Positions 1 to 10,631 of a stretch of DNA of 64,000 nt are shown piece by piece. Within the stretch, counting starts at the first letter, position 1, and every line of letters begins with the position of its first letter. The notes under the pieces were generated by a model that was not told the origin of the DNA, did not search any database, and saw only the letters and a list, made by a program, of their open reading frames with translations. This DNA is from Candidatus Micrarchaeota archaeon (lineage in GTDB: Archaea > Micrarchaeota > Micrarchaeia > Micrarchaeales > Micrarchaeaceae): NCBI GenBank assembly GCA_021817565.1, contig JAKAUP010000007.1, forward strand, positions 152,497 to 216,496, read 5' to 3'. Position numbers and translations under genes: made by a program.

Positions 1-2528
1 ATCTTATAGTGCTTTTCAAGCAGTTCATCAACAAACTTAGAGACATTGAAGAAATAATCCCTGGCCCTGGAATTGAGTATAACATCCTGGTGCATTATCT
101 CGACAAGCTGTGTATCTGATACGAGCTCATTTCCAAGATAATCGCGCACGTAGCCCATCTCTCTGAGCTTTTCGACGCTTGTACCTATCTCCCTTGGGTA
201 GAAATGCGTGATTGGCGCATCAGTGGAATCGAATCTTGCCGTGCCGTCCTTGAATATGTATACGCCATGCAGGCTTCTGAGTACTCCCTTTTCCAAAGGT
301 TCCGCTATCTTGTCGCGGCTTACCAAACCCGCAACGCCTTTCACGGACTTCGGCATCGTACCAACCCCCACTGCGCCCAATGCAGCGTTCATTTCCTTGA
401 GTATATTTACTTTACGCTGCTCGTCAGAATATGCCTGAACACCGCACGTGATACACCTCTTCTCCGTTGTTTTTGCGCCGCACTTTCTGCACTTCCTTTC
501 CATTTTCGCGCTACATCCATGCGTCGAACAGTATGCCGATCCCACATATTCCTTCCCAACGTTGCACCTGAAGCTTGCTATGTCCAATGTTACCCCATCG
601 CTCTTCAGCTTCTTGCTTTCGACAAAATACGCCTTGGAGAGGTTGCGCTCCTTCCCGCCGTTTTCGCCTATCGGGAAAAGTACATTGACCGCGGGCTTCA
701 TCAGCCTTTCCTTCGCCTTTTCGGGCCTGCCCATCCTTCCCCCTATCCCGTAAGCTCGTCTCATCAGTTTTATAGGAGAAACAGAGTTAAGCATCTCCAA
801 AACTCCCTCCCCCTTCATCTCGCGCGGAGAGAAATCTATTCTTATTCCATCAACATATCCAAACGAGACAAGAAGGCTTTGCGCATCCCCTCCTCTTATC
901 TCTATCTTGTTTCCAAAATCGATGTGTGGTATGCAGATTCTTTCTATTATATCCCTAGTGGATTCGATTCCATCGGTAAACACAAGTGCATCAAGGTCAA
1001 ACACGTTTTCCTCCTTTCCGGCCATTTTCAGAGAAGCTTTTTTTATCGCATCCGCAAGCACCTTCAAATCGTAGTCCATTATATCTGAATAGTCGTAAAG
1101 GTAACGTGGATGCAACGGGACGCCATACTTTTTTGATAGGGTATAAGCATCCCTAAATGAGTCCACCCTCATTTCCAAAGTACCCTCCTGTCCTGCAATG
1201 CTATTCTGAAGCTGCGCTTCCCAGTACTCCTCCACATAACTGCTCGGGACGAGCTTTGTATTGCTTTTTCTGAAATCCCCGAGACTGACAAGCATGTCTC
1301 CGACAGAGAGTATCTTGCCTATGTTATGGTATACCTCGCGTGCGAGCTGCGCATCGTTAACCCTGAACGCCTCTCCGCTCTTAAGTTTAACGAAAGGGCC
1401 CTCTATAGAGTCAACAGGCATTACAATGCACCCCTTTCCCGGTTTCTCTATCTTCAGCTGTGTCCCCACAGCAATGAATCTTAGGAGTATCATCGTTGCA
1501 GGGTTCAATCCTTTTGAGGCTATGCCGGTGAAGCGCGACCTTCCGTACCTAAGCCTGAAGGAACCAGGGTAACCCGGGTATGCAAATACCGGTCTGCCAG
1601 CTACCTGTTCGTGAAGAAATACCGCATCCTTGTCCTGCGATTCCCTGCTCTGTCCTCCTTTATCCACCTTTATTATATTGTTCAGCCATCCCCAATCAAG
1701 CTGCGCCATCTTTGTATACTTCAGCACGCTTTTCGCCTTTTGTGCTATGCCCTCGCAGCTTACCAAGCATATACCTCCTCTTATCCTGTTAGTTATCCTT
1801 TCCTCCTTTCCAGCGGCATCTAATCTGGTTATGTCCCTGTGCAGGCTTACCTCAAACTCCTCAGTAGGTATCCCATCTATGCATACTGGGCAATTCTCAA
1901 ATATCACTCTCGCGTCCTCTTCCGGCGGCATATACTGCAGCCGCGCGGCCCGCGCGTTGTATATCTGTATCTCCTCCAGATATCTCTCTATCTCTTTCTG
2001 CTGGGCCTTGTAAGCTCCGACTCCAAGGAACTTTCTGGCAAGGTCAAGCAGCGCAACAGAGAGCGCGGCACTGGTTCCGCCTGCCCCCCTTATCGGACCT
2101 GCATACAAGGCAGCAACGTAATCCGAGCCGTCTGGGTTCATATGTATCTCTACTCCCTGGAAACCTTCAGTAGGCGCGACCAATATGCCCTCGGTAAGTA
2201 TTGCAAGCCCGACCTTCACCGAAACGTTCATCAGTTCCTTCTTGTTTTCCGCTTTTAGTAATCTGGCAACTTCCTGGTTCTTGCATACCTTCTCCACAAT
2301 CCTAAATGCAAGTTCCTGCCTGCTTTTGGTGTTGTTTCCCTCTTCCCTTATTATCTGCGCTATGCCCTCAAGCCCTATTATACCCTCCACACGCGACGCA
2401 AGGTCAGGCGCAGCAAGGATTTCTGGTTTTGTGCTAGGATCATATCCTTTCGATCTTGCCTTAACGGCAATCTCATTGGCTGCGTTGAACCCATTCTCCA
2501 TTACTTCAAAATAATCATTCACATCCAT
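1..2528 (-). CDS. polC: DNA polymerase D large subunit DP2 (partial; runs off the left edge)
   Basis: Absent from the ORF track because there is no stop in the window. Manual translation from ATG at 2528 gives MDVNDYFEVMENGFNAANEIAVKARSKGYDPSTKPEILAAPDLASRVEGIIG, the DP2 N-terminus; abuts DP1 (TAG-ATG). Confidence 0.95.
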   Translation of the reverse strand, partial: MDVNDYFEVMENGFNAANEIAVKARSKGYDPSTKPEILAAPDLASRVEGIIGLEGIAQIIREEGNNTKSRQELAFRIVEKVCKNQEVARLLKAENKKELMNVSVKVGLAILTEGILVAPTEGFQGVEIHMNPDGSDYVAALYAGPIRGAGGTSAALSVALLDLARKFLGVGAYKAQQKEIERYLEEIQIYNARAARLQYMPPEEDARVIFENCPVCIDGIPTEEFEVSLHRDITRLDAAGKEERITNRIRGGICLVSCEGIAQKAKSVLKYTKMAQLDWGWLNNIIKVDKGGQSRESQDKDAVFLHEQVAGRPVFAYPGYPGSFRLRYGRSRFTGIASKGLNPATMILLRFIAVGTQLKIEKPGKGCIVMPVDSIEGPFVKLKSGEAFRVNDAQLAREVYHNIGKILSVGDMLVSLGDFRKSNTKLVPSSYVEEYWEAQLQNSIAGQEGTLEMRVDSFRDAYTLSKKYGVPLHPRYLYDYSDIMDYDLKVLADAIKKASLKMAGKEENVFDLDALVFTDGIESTRDIIERICIPHIDFGNKIEIRGGDAQSLLVSFGYVDGIRIDFSPREMKGEGVLEMLNSVSPIKLMRRAYGIGGRMGRPEKAKERLMKPAVNVLFPIGENGGKERNLSKAYFVESKKLKSDGVTLDIASFRCNVGKEYVGSAYCSTHGCSAKMERKCRKCGAKTTEKRCITCGVQAYSDEQRKVNILKEMNAALGAVGVGTMPKSVKGVAGLVSRDKIAEPLEKGVLRSLHGVYIFKDGTARFDSTDAPITHFYPREIGTSVEKLREMGYVRDYLGNELVSDTQLVEIMHQDVILNSRARDYFFNVSKFVDELLEKHYK

Positions 2529-4031
2529 CTAATAACCAAAGTCAATATAACTGAACTTGTACTTTTTCATCTCAAGCACCGGCATGATGCACGGGGTTGG
2601 GATATGGCCCTGCCTTATTTGGAAGTCGGTTCTTGCCTGCCATGTACCGCTGTTTATTATGCTTACGCCATGATAAGTCGACATCCCTACCTTATGTACA
2701 TGGCCCATATGCAGCACATCAGGTACTGTATCTATTACCAGGTTATCATTCCTGCTTGGCACTACTATGTTTCCTCCATATATAGGGGACAAATGCCTCC
2801 TTTTCAGTATCTCCTCCATAGCTCTCTCCGGTTTCGAATAACTATTGTCAGGTATTGATCTTATCACAGAATCCAGGGATGTGCCGTGGTACGAGAGTAT
2901 ATCCAGGCCATGTATGTTTATGTAAGACGGATTCGGAACAAAATGCACATTGTTCATCTTAAGGTCTATAACTTCGGGTGGGAAAGCGGGTTGGGGCTCT
3001 GCCCGCTGCACCGAATCGTGGTTTCCAGGAAGCACAAACACCTGTATATAATCCGGAACAGCTTCCAAGTAGTCGGCAAGCACATTGTACTGGGCATTCA
3101 TGTCCTTTATCGCAAGATCCTTTTCCTGCCCAGGGTAAACACCTATCCCATCAGCAACATCCCCTCCTATGATCAGGTACTTTACCTTCTCTGCTATCTG
3201 CTTATCCTTGTCATAGTTCCCGTTCAACCACGCAACCATGTTCCTAAAACCTTTGTCTATGAAGTTCCTGCTTCCGAAATGCACATCGGATATGAAGGCG
3301 ATGGCAAGGTCATCCTGCACTTCCTTGTGCGTCTTTATCGGTATGTCTGGCCATATGAGAGAGTTTGCTATAAGCAGGGATCCGAATATCTTCCCGCGCA
3401 CAGCAACCACTTCGTCATGAACAAGCGAATATGCCTTCTCGTATAGATTCTCCTTATGTTGGGGGGTGTTTGTGAAAACAACCTTAGCACTGCCGCTCCT
3501 GTCTTCAAGCTCAACAAGGAGGTTGTTGTTTCTGGTAACCTGTTTTGCCTTTACCATGCCTATTATGCATATCTCCTTTCCATCATTATAGTCCTTTATT
3601 GAAGATATCTCCTTAAGTGAAAGGCCTGCAAGCTCCCGCCGCCTAATGATTTCCTTTATCTTCTCAAACCGGTCATTGAAATATTCGACAAAGCCCCCTA
3701 CATTTCCCTCTGCGTATCCCACGTCGTATTTTCTTATGGAGAAAACGGGTGCCAGTTCCTTTGAAAGAGGCTTATAATCTAAAGGTCTTATCGCTTCTAC
3801 AGGCAAAGGAACTTTCTCGTTTTTTATGGACAATATCGCTTCTCTTATTTCGTCCTCTGTTATTATGTGGACGCCTCCGCGAACCGAATTCTTCTCAACA
3901 AGCGTTTCAGACACCGCATCGATATCCCCTGCCCCTATCCCACTCAGGTCAAGTCCTGTAGGCACTATCAATCCTTTTCCGGATAGCCGCCTAACCAAGC
4001 TCGCAGCAACGTCTTCCCCACCCATGCGCAT
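2529..4031 (-). CDS. polB: DNA polymerase D small subunit DP1 (3'-5' exonuclease)
   Basis: OB fold plus calcineurin-like phosphoesterase motifs SDVHFG, GDVADG, PGNHD, YHG, HMGHVH, NSGTWQ; adjacent to DP2. Confidence 0.95.
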   Translation of the reverse strand: MRMGGEDVAASLVRRLSGKGLIVPTGLDLSGIGAGDIDAVSETLVEKNSVRGGVHIITEDEIREAILSIKNEKVPLPVEAIRPLDYKPLSKELAPVFSIRKYDVGYAEGNVGGFVEYFNDRFEKIKEIIRRRELAGLSLKEISSIKDYNDGKEICIIGMVKAKQVTRNNNLLVELEDRSGSAKVVFTNTPQHKENLYEKAYSLVHDEVVAVRGKIFGSLLIANSLIWPDIPIKTHKEVQDDLAIAFISDVHFGSRNFIDKGFRNMVAWLNGNYDKDKQIAEKVKYLIIGGDVADGIGVYPGQEKDLAIKDMNAQYNVLADYLEAVPDYIQVFVLPGNHDSVQRAEPQPAFPPEVIDLKMNNVHFVPNPSYINIHGLDILSYHGTSLDSVIRSIPDNSYSKPERAMEEILKRRHLSPIYGGNIVVPSRNDNLVIDTVPDVLHMGHVHKVGMSTYHGVSIINSGTWQARTDFQIRQGHIPTPCIMPVLEMKKYKFSYIDFGY

Positions 4032-4298
4032 CTAACCCTTTATTGATTCAAGCATGCTTAGAACATTCCATATTATTGTCCTTGCCTGAAAAGGCAGGTT
4101 AACATCATTGCTTACAGAATCAAGACTGTATATCGCAGAAGAGACACGTACGCTGTATTCGCCAGCAACATTCAGCTTGTCCTTTGCCTGAACTACCGCG
4201 TTCCTTACGTTCTTAGGCACGCTCATATCATTTATCAGCATATCAAGCTGTAGGTTTATCTGGTCTATCCTCTGTTCAGTATCGGCATTGCCTGGCAT
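4032..4298 (-). CDS. UPF0147 family protein
   Basis: D.SVPKNVR and ND.NLP.QART.IW motifs; start set at MPGNADT. Confidence 0.85.
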   Translation of the reverse strand: MPGNADTEQRIDQINLQLDMLINDMSVPKNVRNAVVQAKDKLNVAGEYSVRVSSAIYSLDSVSNDVNLPFQARTIIWNVLSMLESIKG

Positions 4299-4389
4299 AT
4301 TTATCCCCTCACAAAACAATATTATTAATCGACCCATTAATATAAATGTGTTAATAAGAAATAGGTGTTGTTGCATATTCGGTGCATTA

Positions 4390-5070
4390 ATGGAGTTATC
4401 TGTAATCCTACCGGTCCACAACCAGAAACTTCAGATAAAAAGGAATTTCAATCGGATACTGTCCTATCTAAATAAAATCGGCGCAGAGGTGATAGTGGTT
4501 GAGAACGGATCAACAGACGGTTCGCTCGGCGAACTAAAAAAGCTGTCAAAACGCTACGGATTCAAACTAGTTGTGCTCAAGGAATCGGGGCGGGGGCTGG
4601 CGTTGAAGAAAGGAATCGAGAGAGCAAGAGGCACAGCAATAGGGTATTTAGACACAGATTTGGGTGTTCCGTTGAGATACATTGCAAATGCACAAAAAGA
4701 GTTAAGGCGGTCGGATCTGGTAATAGGCAACAGATATATTAATGGAGCAAAGGCGAAAAGGACTGCAACAAGGTGGCTTGCAAGCAAGGCCTACATAGCT
4801 TTGGTAAGATTTGCATACGGCTCAAAGATAACAGATTTCCAGTGCGGATTCAAATTTTTTATGGCAGATTTTGCGAAGGCAGCATCGAAAAAGATAAGTG
4901 ACAACCGATGGTTCTTCGACACAAAGCTAATTCTGATTGCAGAGCACGAGGGAAAAAAAATATGCGAGCTCCCGGTATCCTTTTCCGAAAAGAGATGGAG
5001 CACCGTGCGCATAAACGACCCATTATATTTCATAAAATGCATAATAAAAGACAAGATCCAAAACACTTAG
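4390..5070 (+). CDS. GT2 glycosyltransferase (dolichyl-phosphate sugar synthase-like)
   Basis: LSVILPVHN, ENGSTDG, YLDTD (DxD), DFQCGFKFF, WFFDT; start set at MELSV. Confidence 0.9.
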   Translation: MELSVILPVHNQKLQIKRNFNRILSYLNKIGAEVIVVENGSTDGSLGELKKLSKRYGFKLVVLKESGRGLALKKGIERARGTAIGYLDTDLGVPLRYIANAQKELRRSDLVIGNRYINGAKAKRTATRWLASKAYIALVRFAYGSKITDFQCGFKFFMADFAKAASKKISDNRWFFDTKLILIAEHEGKKICELPVSFSEKRWSTVRINDPLYFIKCIIKDKIQNT

Positions 5071-5088
5071 TGGTCAGATCTAAACTAT

Positions 5089-7101
5089 TTGTATGCAATA
5101 ATCATGTATGTCGCAAGTATACTTTTCGGCATCTCGCTTTCAGACCTGTTCTTCTCAAATATGTTGCAGAAAAGGATATACATCATCGGCGCAGGCATCC
5201 CAATCGGTTTTATCATATCGGCATACATGATGCTTGTATTGAGCATACCATTTGGATCATTCAATGCGCTTTCAGTTCCCATCACAGCCTTGATAGAATT
5301 GCTCTTATCAGCAGCAATCTTAAGAACTCGTCGGAAAGAGTGGAGATGGTCAAAATTCGAAACAGAGTTTAAAAAGAACAAGTTCGTATACACTTCAATA
5401 ATAACAATAGCGCTTTTGCTTATCCTGTTCCAAGCGCAAGGTCTATACTCGTCAAATGGCGCAATATGGTCCGGCTCAAACTACGCAACAGATTTCATGT
5501 TTCATATAGGGATAGGGACATCAGTCCTATTTTCCAGCTTCCCACCACATTACCCTTACATATACAATGCGACCAACGTTTTCCCGTTCATCGGCGACTT
5601 CTACACACAACTCTTATCATACAGCGGGTTCGGTATAGCGGGATCCACGTACGCAGTCAATTTCCTGCTCTGGCTATCGCTTGCAGCAATGCTCGCATTC
5701 TTCTTTGCCGCTCTGTCAAAGGAAGAGAAAACCGTTCCCATAGGTATAATCATATTCCTCTTCTTCAGCCTTGCGCTAAACTTTATAGTAATGTCATCAT
5801 TCAACATAAGCCTTCCAGGTTTTACGCTAAACACGCTACATTCAATATCAAAGCAAGGAATACTCCCTATAATAACAACCACATACTATAATTTTGAAGC
5901 GCCATTTTACAATAACCTCATGATACAACACGACATGCTATTCGGCTTTCCGGTAGCAATATTAATAATCACATTCATATATCTCAATTTCATAGAAAAG
6001 CCCAAAAAAAGACCTAACGCAAGCATGGCCTTTGCCGGAGGGCTATTCGGCCTCCTCCCCCTGGTAAATCCATTCTGCTTCATCTTTGTTTTCATATTCT
6101 CCGCAACAATATTCGTCTATTCCATCCTTCATGCGCTGATAAAAAGGAAAGCGGGTAAACGCACATTAGCCAGCTGGCTATGCTTCGGGCTGGTCGCATT
6201 CCTCGTCTCTGTGCCGTCCCTGCTTTACATATCTTCCCAACATAGGTCATCCGACTTCATACATTCAATACTATACAATAGCGTATGGTACAGTTACGGA
6301 TACTCGCTTCTTGATGCAATATCGGCGCACATCTCATTCTGGTTCTGGTCAATCGGCATCCTTCTCCCAGTCGGCCTAGTAGGCATAGCAATACTGCCCA
6401 GGCGCGCAAAGATAGCGTTTATCCCATCGCTATTAACCTTCCTGGTACTCAACATCTACAGGTTTCAGCCAAGCTTTGGCGACAATAACAAACTCATGAT
6501 GTTCTTTTCGCTTTTCTTGGCATTAGGCGCATCCGTTCTTATACTAAAGATGTGGCGGAGCGGAAAAGGGTCGCAAAATAAACTCCTCAAACTTGTTGCG
6601 TTTTCCATATTCCTGCTCATAGTACTCGGTGGCGTAGCCTCAATATACTATATATTTGCCGGACAGGGATACATAATATCCAGGATAGAATTGAAAGCCT
6701 CTGCATGGTTGATAAACAACACTTCCCATGATGCAGTATTCCAATCAAACTGCTACAACTACACCTTTGATTTCCTTTCCACAACCGCCGGCAGAAACAC
6801 ACTTCTCGATATATACGTGTATTCTGGAACGGACGGGATACTCCCGCAGAATTACAACCCATTTAACGTAATGGTGCAAATGGGAAGGTTCCTCAGTTCC
6901 CCAACGCCGCAGTGTTCGGCATTCGGCGGATACAATGTAGACTACGTGGTGCTAGAGAGAATAACTGGCAAAAATACGCTCATGGAATGCGCCCCTGCAA
7001 ATTTCAGCGCGTTCGAAAACTCATCGAACTTCACTGAAGTATACAACATGGTCAATCAGGGCGATGGGAACAGGATTGCGGTATTCAGGTCAAACTGCTG
7101 A
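5089..7101 (+). CDS. Polytopic membrane protein, probable GT-C fold glycosyltransferase
   Basis: About 13 hydrophobic segments, D..FH loop after the early TMs, soluble C-terminal domain; lies between two GT2 genes. Start uncertain (TTG 5089 or ATG 5104). Confidence 0.6.
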   Translation: MYAIIMYVASILFGISLSDLFFSNMLQKRIYIIGAGIPIGFIISAYMMLVLSIPFGSFNALSVPITALIELLLSAAILRTRRKEWRWSKFETEFKKNKFVYTSIITIALLLILFQAQGLYSSNGAIWSGSNYATDFMFHIGIGTSVLFSSFPPHYPYIYNATNVFPFIGDFYTQLLSYSGFGIAGSTYAVNFLLWLSLAAMLAFFFAALSKEEKTVPIGIIIFLFFSLALNFIVMSSFNISLPGFTLNTLHSISKQGILPIITTTYYNFEAPFYNNLMIQHDMLFGFPVAILIITFIYLNFIEKPKKRPNASMAFAGGLFGLLPLVNPFCFIFVFIFSATIFVYSILHALIKRKAGKRTLASWLCFGLVAFLVSVPSLLYISSQHRSSDFIHSILYNSVWYSYGYSLLDAISAHISFWFWSIGILLPVGLVGIAILPRRAKIAFIPSLLTFLVLNIYRFQPSFGDNNKLMMFFSLFLALGASVLILKMWRSGKGSQNKLLKLVAFSIFLLIVLGGVASIYYIFAGQGYIISRIELKASAWLINNTSHDAVFQSNCYNYTFDFLSTTAGRNTLLDIYVYSGTDGILPQNYNPFNVMVQMGRFLSSPTPQCSAFGGYNVDYVVLERITGKNTLMECAPANFSAFENSSNFTEVYNMVNQGDGNRIAVFRSNC

Positions 7102-7104
7102 GAA

Positions 7105-7857
7105 TCAGAAACCTTTCATGCGCGCGGTCAATGATTTGTAGAATTCAGTTTTATATAACCTGTACCAGAGTGTATCGATAACCGTATCCACAATAAAATA
7201 ATACCCAAAATCTTTGTGAGTCATATCATCATTTATCGCAACATTCAACTCAGAGAAGCTCATTTTCTGAAGGTGCATCTCATAAATTAGGTTGATATCA
7301 AACCCATAATCGCGTATAGTTAAGTTATCAAATACTTTATCAAGTGCACCAACTTTCAGAAACTTCGCGGGAGATTGCACATCACTGCACTTGACCCCGA
7401 AGAGAAGCTCAACAAACATCCTATAAAACGATGCAAACATCTTTTCTCCTGTTTTTATAGAACTGCTTTTGCCATGTAACCTATTCAAAAATACGCCATC
7501 TAATCTGTCTGACTCAAGCATGCTGATAGCGCTGCCCAAATAACTCGCGCTGACCTTAGGGCCACCCAACATGACTACTACGCTGCTGGCCCTGGCCCGT
7601 TTTAATGCATACTTCGCGCCTTTGATAAAGTTGCTCCCCCTGCCATTTTTATGGCTATTCAGTACATGCAGGTTTCCGAGCTCCTGCGCCAACTCGGATA
7701 CTTTTTCCACAGCCTTTGCATCTGCCCCATTGGTAAGCACCAAAAAATGCAGCCTTCCTACATCCCAAAGCTTAGCACACTCCCTCAGTGCACCTAATGT
7801 CTCTTTGTAATCATCATTCATTATCAGAGCAAACCAAACATCCATGAAAACACTCAT
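7105..7857 (-). CDS. Divergent GT2-family glycosyltransferase
   Basis: SDVQSPAKF and YGFDINL resemble the GT2 DPM-like C-terminal motifs; DxD not evident. Confidence 0.6.
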   Translation of the reverse strand: MSVFMDVWFALIMNDDYKETLGALRECAKLWDVGRLHFLVLTNGADAKAVEKVSELAQELGNLHVLNSHKNGRGSNFIKGAKYALKRARASSVVVMLGGPKVSASYLGSAISMLESDRLDGVFLNRLHGKSSSIKTGEKMFASFYRMFVELLFGVKCSDVQSPAKFLKVGALDKVFDNLTIRDYGFDINLIYEMHLQKMSFSELNVAINDDMTHKDFGYYFIVDTVIDTLWYRLYKTEFYKSLTARMKGF

Positions 7858-8783
7858 ATGACTAGGTGCAACACATACCTAGCATAAGTGCCAAGCACTA
7901 CGGTCGCAGACGCCGCAAGTATGGAAAGTGCAAGTGTCTTCAAGACCCTGCTGTATATCCTGGTGTCGCTCAACAGGGATATTATGACCGAAACAACCGT
8001 CAGTACAACGCACGTTACTACTACAGATAAAATTATCCCGCCAGACCCGTGTGCCCCGAGCGCAAATGGAAGTATAGGAAACGCGGCGCCGATGATGTAA
8101 AAGAGCCCCATGTACCCTGCGGAGAGCTTCGGCGCGGACGCGCCATCTTTCTTCACTTTCATGCTCTTTTCGCTTTCGGTGGATAAATAAGCTCCCACAG
8201 TCATAGATATCGTTCCAGATACAGCGACTATAATTCCCCCGAGTATCACAAGCTCGGTGGTATGTAGCGCAGCCGCAAAACCTACGACTGCCGCCAAAAC
8301 CTCAACCAGCCCGTCATTCATCCCAAGTATAACGTCCTTTATGTTGTTGAGCAGGCTGTTATACTGCACTATGCGCGTGCTGAGCGGCCCAACCTTCATC
8401 AGGTCCTCCTTCTCTATTTCGTTTATTGCCCTTGCCTCCTTCCTGCTCAGTCTAAACTTCTTTTGCGCATTGTAAACCCTCCTATACATTTCCAGCTCTT
8501 TTCTCTCTATTATCTTTATGGTAAGCGCAGTGCCCAATATCATGTGCATGAGCATTATCTTCCTTACCTCATTCCCTACCGTACGCCTATCCCCCAACCC
8601 ATCGCTTCCCTCAAGCATTTCCCTCCATAACACGATGTGCCTTGTCTCAAGCCTTGATATTTCCTTCAAAGCTGCGCGTATGTCTGCGTTGCGTTCGCCT
8701 CTCATCATTATTCTTGTGGCTTCGGCGTCTGCCATCTCCTTATTGCATACGGATGTCAATATCCTTCTTGCCCTATTATCCAA
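7854..8783 (-). CDS. Rubrerythrin-like domain fused to VIT1/CCC1 metal transporter
   Basis: N-terminal ExxH (ETRH) helical domain; VIT1 motifs ILGMNDGLVE and GTISMTVGAYLS. Confidence 0.85.
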   Translation of the reverse strand: MDNRARRILTSVCNKEMADAEATRIMMRGERNADIRAALKEISRLETRHIVLWREMLEGSDGLGDRRTVGNEVRKIMLMHMILGTALTIKIIERKELEMYRRVYNAQKKFRLSRKEARAINEIEKEDLMKVGPLSTRIVQYNSLLNNIKDVILGMNDGLVEVLAAVVGFAAALHTTELVILGGIIVAVSGTISMTVGAYLSTESEKSMKVKKDGASAPKLSAGYMGLFYIIGAAFPILPFALGAHGSGGIILSVVVTCVVLTVVSVIISLLSDTRIYSRVLKTLALSILAASATVVLGTYARYVLHLVI

Positions 8784-8787
8784 ATCA

Positions 8788-10527
8788 TCATCTTTGAAGA
8801 ATCTTAATCAGCTTATTTAATTCCATCGTGTTTAATACCCTCCCTTTTTCCACCCAGCCTCTCCTTGCAGTTCCCACCCCATATCTTAGATTTTTGAAAT
8901 GGCCTGTAGAATGCGCATCTGAGTTTATTGCAAACCTAACCCCAGTCTCGTATACCTCCATTATGTTCGAATCGCTAATGTCAAGGCGCTCCGGAGAAGC
9001 ATTTATCTCCAGTGCGACATTGTTTGATTTGGCGGCATCCGCAATCTTTTCAATATCAACCGCGTATCCCTCCCGTCCAAGCAGTATGCGGCCGGTTGGG
9101 TGCCCCAAAATGTTTATCGTGCCGCTTTCTATCGCCTTTATAATACGCTTTGTCATCTCATTCCCTTCCATGTTCAGATAAGAATGCACTGAACCAACAG
9201 CGCAATCGAGGCTGCAAAGCATCTCCCTATCCATATCAAGCTCCCCTCCCTTAAGTATATCAATTTCAGCGCCTTTCAATATGCGAAAGCCCTCAAGTTT
9301 CTCGTTAAGTTTATCTACCCTCCTAAAATAATCCGAAAACCTCTTCTCATCCATCCCGTTTGCGACTCTCAGGCTTTTTGTGTGGTTTGTAGTCGCAATG
9401 TAACTGAGCCCAGCCGATCTTGCGGCAGATACCATCTCGTCTATCCCATTCATTCCGTCGGAATCGTTTGTATGGGTATGTAAATCCCCCTTTATATCAT
9501 GTATACCGACTAATTCAGGAAGTTTTCCAGATAGCGCAAGGTCTATTTCGCCTCTGTCCTCCCTCATTTCAGGGGGCATGGGTGCCATACCAAGCTTCTC
9601 GTATATCCATCCCTCTTCCTTTCCGGATGCAAGGTTTCTGCCTTTATTATCGAAAAGTCCGTATTCGTTCAGCTTTAAGCCCTTCCTTATCGCGATGGTT
9701 CTTACCTTTACGTTATGGAACTTGTTCCCGGTAAAGTACTGTAGCGCAGTTCCGAAACTTTTTTCTTCGACCACCCTGAGATCGCAATGTATCCCTATCT
9801 TAAGTTTTACTGTAGTTTTCTTCGGCCCACTAAGCACTACCTCTTCAACGCCGTCCATTCCGGCGAATGTCTTCATTACCATGGCAGACCGTTTGGATGT
9901 TGCAAGTATATCTATATCCCCAACAGTCCCCCTCATTCTCCTTATTGAACCGGCTATCTCCACCCTCACCGCATGTCCGCTTTTAAGGAGGAATTCCCGG
10001 ATTCTCTCCGCCTCAGGCATGGCATCCCCAAGCAGGAGCCTGCCTACATCTGACTCAAGATGCGAAACGCTATCTGCAATAATCCTCTCTGTTTTCTCTC
10101 CAAACCCAGGCAGCTTGTGTATCCTGTGCGAGTCTATAGCTCTTTTCAGTGTTTTTAAATCAGTCACCCCAAGCTTCTCATATAATAGCGCAACACGCTT
10201 AGGTCCGAGCCCTTCTATCCTTGTAAGCGTGTCGAAATCTATCGGGTATTTTCTTTTAAGTTTCTCGTACTTTCTCATCTTTCCCGTGTTTATGTACTCC
10301 TCTATTGATTTTGATATGCCCGCGCCAACACCATCTATCTCCATTAGCCCGGCCACTCCATTCTCCTTGTATATATCCGCAAGATCTTCGTCAAGGGCCT
10401 CTATGCTTAAAGCAGCCCTCCTATAAGCTCTTACCTCAAATCTTATGCCTCCGCTATCATCTATGCTTAGTATATCGGCTATCTGATTCAACATCCTGGC
10501 TATAATCTTGTTGGTGCCGCCGTCCAT
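8788..10527 (-). CDS. polX: DNA polymerase X with PHP domain
   Basis: RAYRRAA, HhH motifs, AGSIRR, GDIDIL, YFTG, PPEMRE; PHP motifs DLHTH, GHPTGR, NSDAH. Confidence 0.95.
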   Translation of the reverse strand: MDGGTNKIIARMLNQIADILSIDDSGGIRFEVRAYRRAALSIEALDEDLADIYKENGVAGLMEIDGVGAGISKSIEEYINTGKMRKYEKLKRKYPIDFDTLTRIEGLGPKRVALLYEKLGVTDLKTLKRAIDSHRIHKLPGFGEKTERIIADSVSHLESDVGRLLLGDAMPEAERIREFLLKSGHAVRVEIAGSIRRMRGTVGDIDILATSKRSAMVMKTFAGMDGVEEVVLSGPKKTTVKLKIGIHCDLRVVEEKSFGTALQYFTGNKFHNVKVRTIAIRKGLKLNEYGLFDNKGRNLASGKEEGWIYEKLGMAPMPPEMREDRGEIDLALSGKLPELVGIHDIKGDLHTHTNDSDGMNGIDEMVSAARSAGLSYIATTNHTKSLRVANGMDEKRFSDYFRRVDKLNEKLEGFRILKGAEIDILKGGELDMDREMLCSLDCAVGSVHSYLNMEGNEMTKRIIKAIESGTINILGHPTGRILLGREGYAVDIEKIADAAKSNNVALEINASPERLDISDSNIMEVYETGVRFAINSDAHSTGHFKNLRYGVGTARRGWVEKGRVLNTMELNKLIKILQR

Positions 10528-10631
10528 CCAAGAACATTTCTCAAACCAAACATATATACCTTATGAATCATTCCGTTGCCCACTGCGCCATCCAAATATG
10601 CCTTTTTATATATTCACTCACATTCAATTCT

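Noticed and set aside
204..2514. Many plus-strand ORFs in the track (e.g. 204..1088)
   Set aside because: Antisense shadows of the DP2 gene; the same applies to most short overlapping ORFs across the window.
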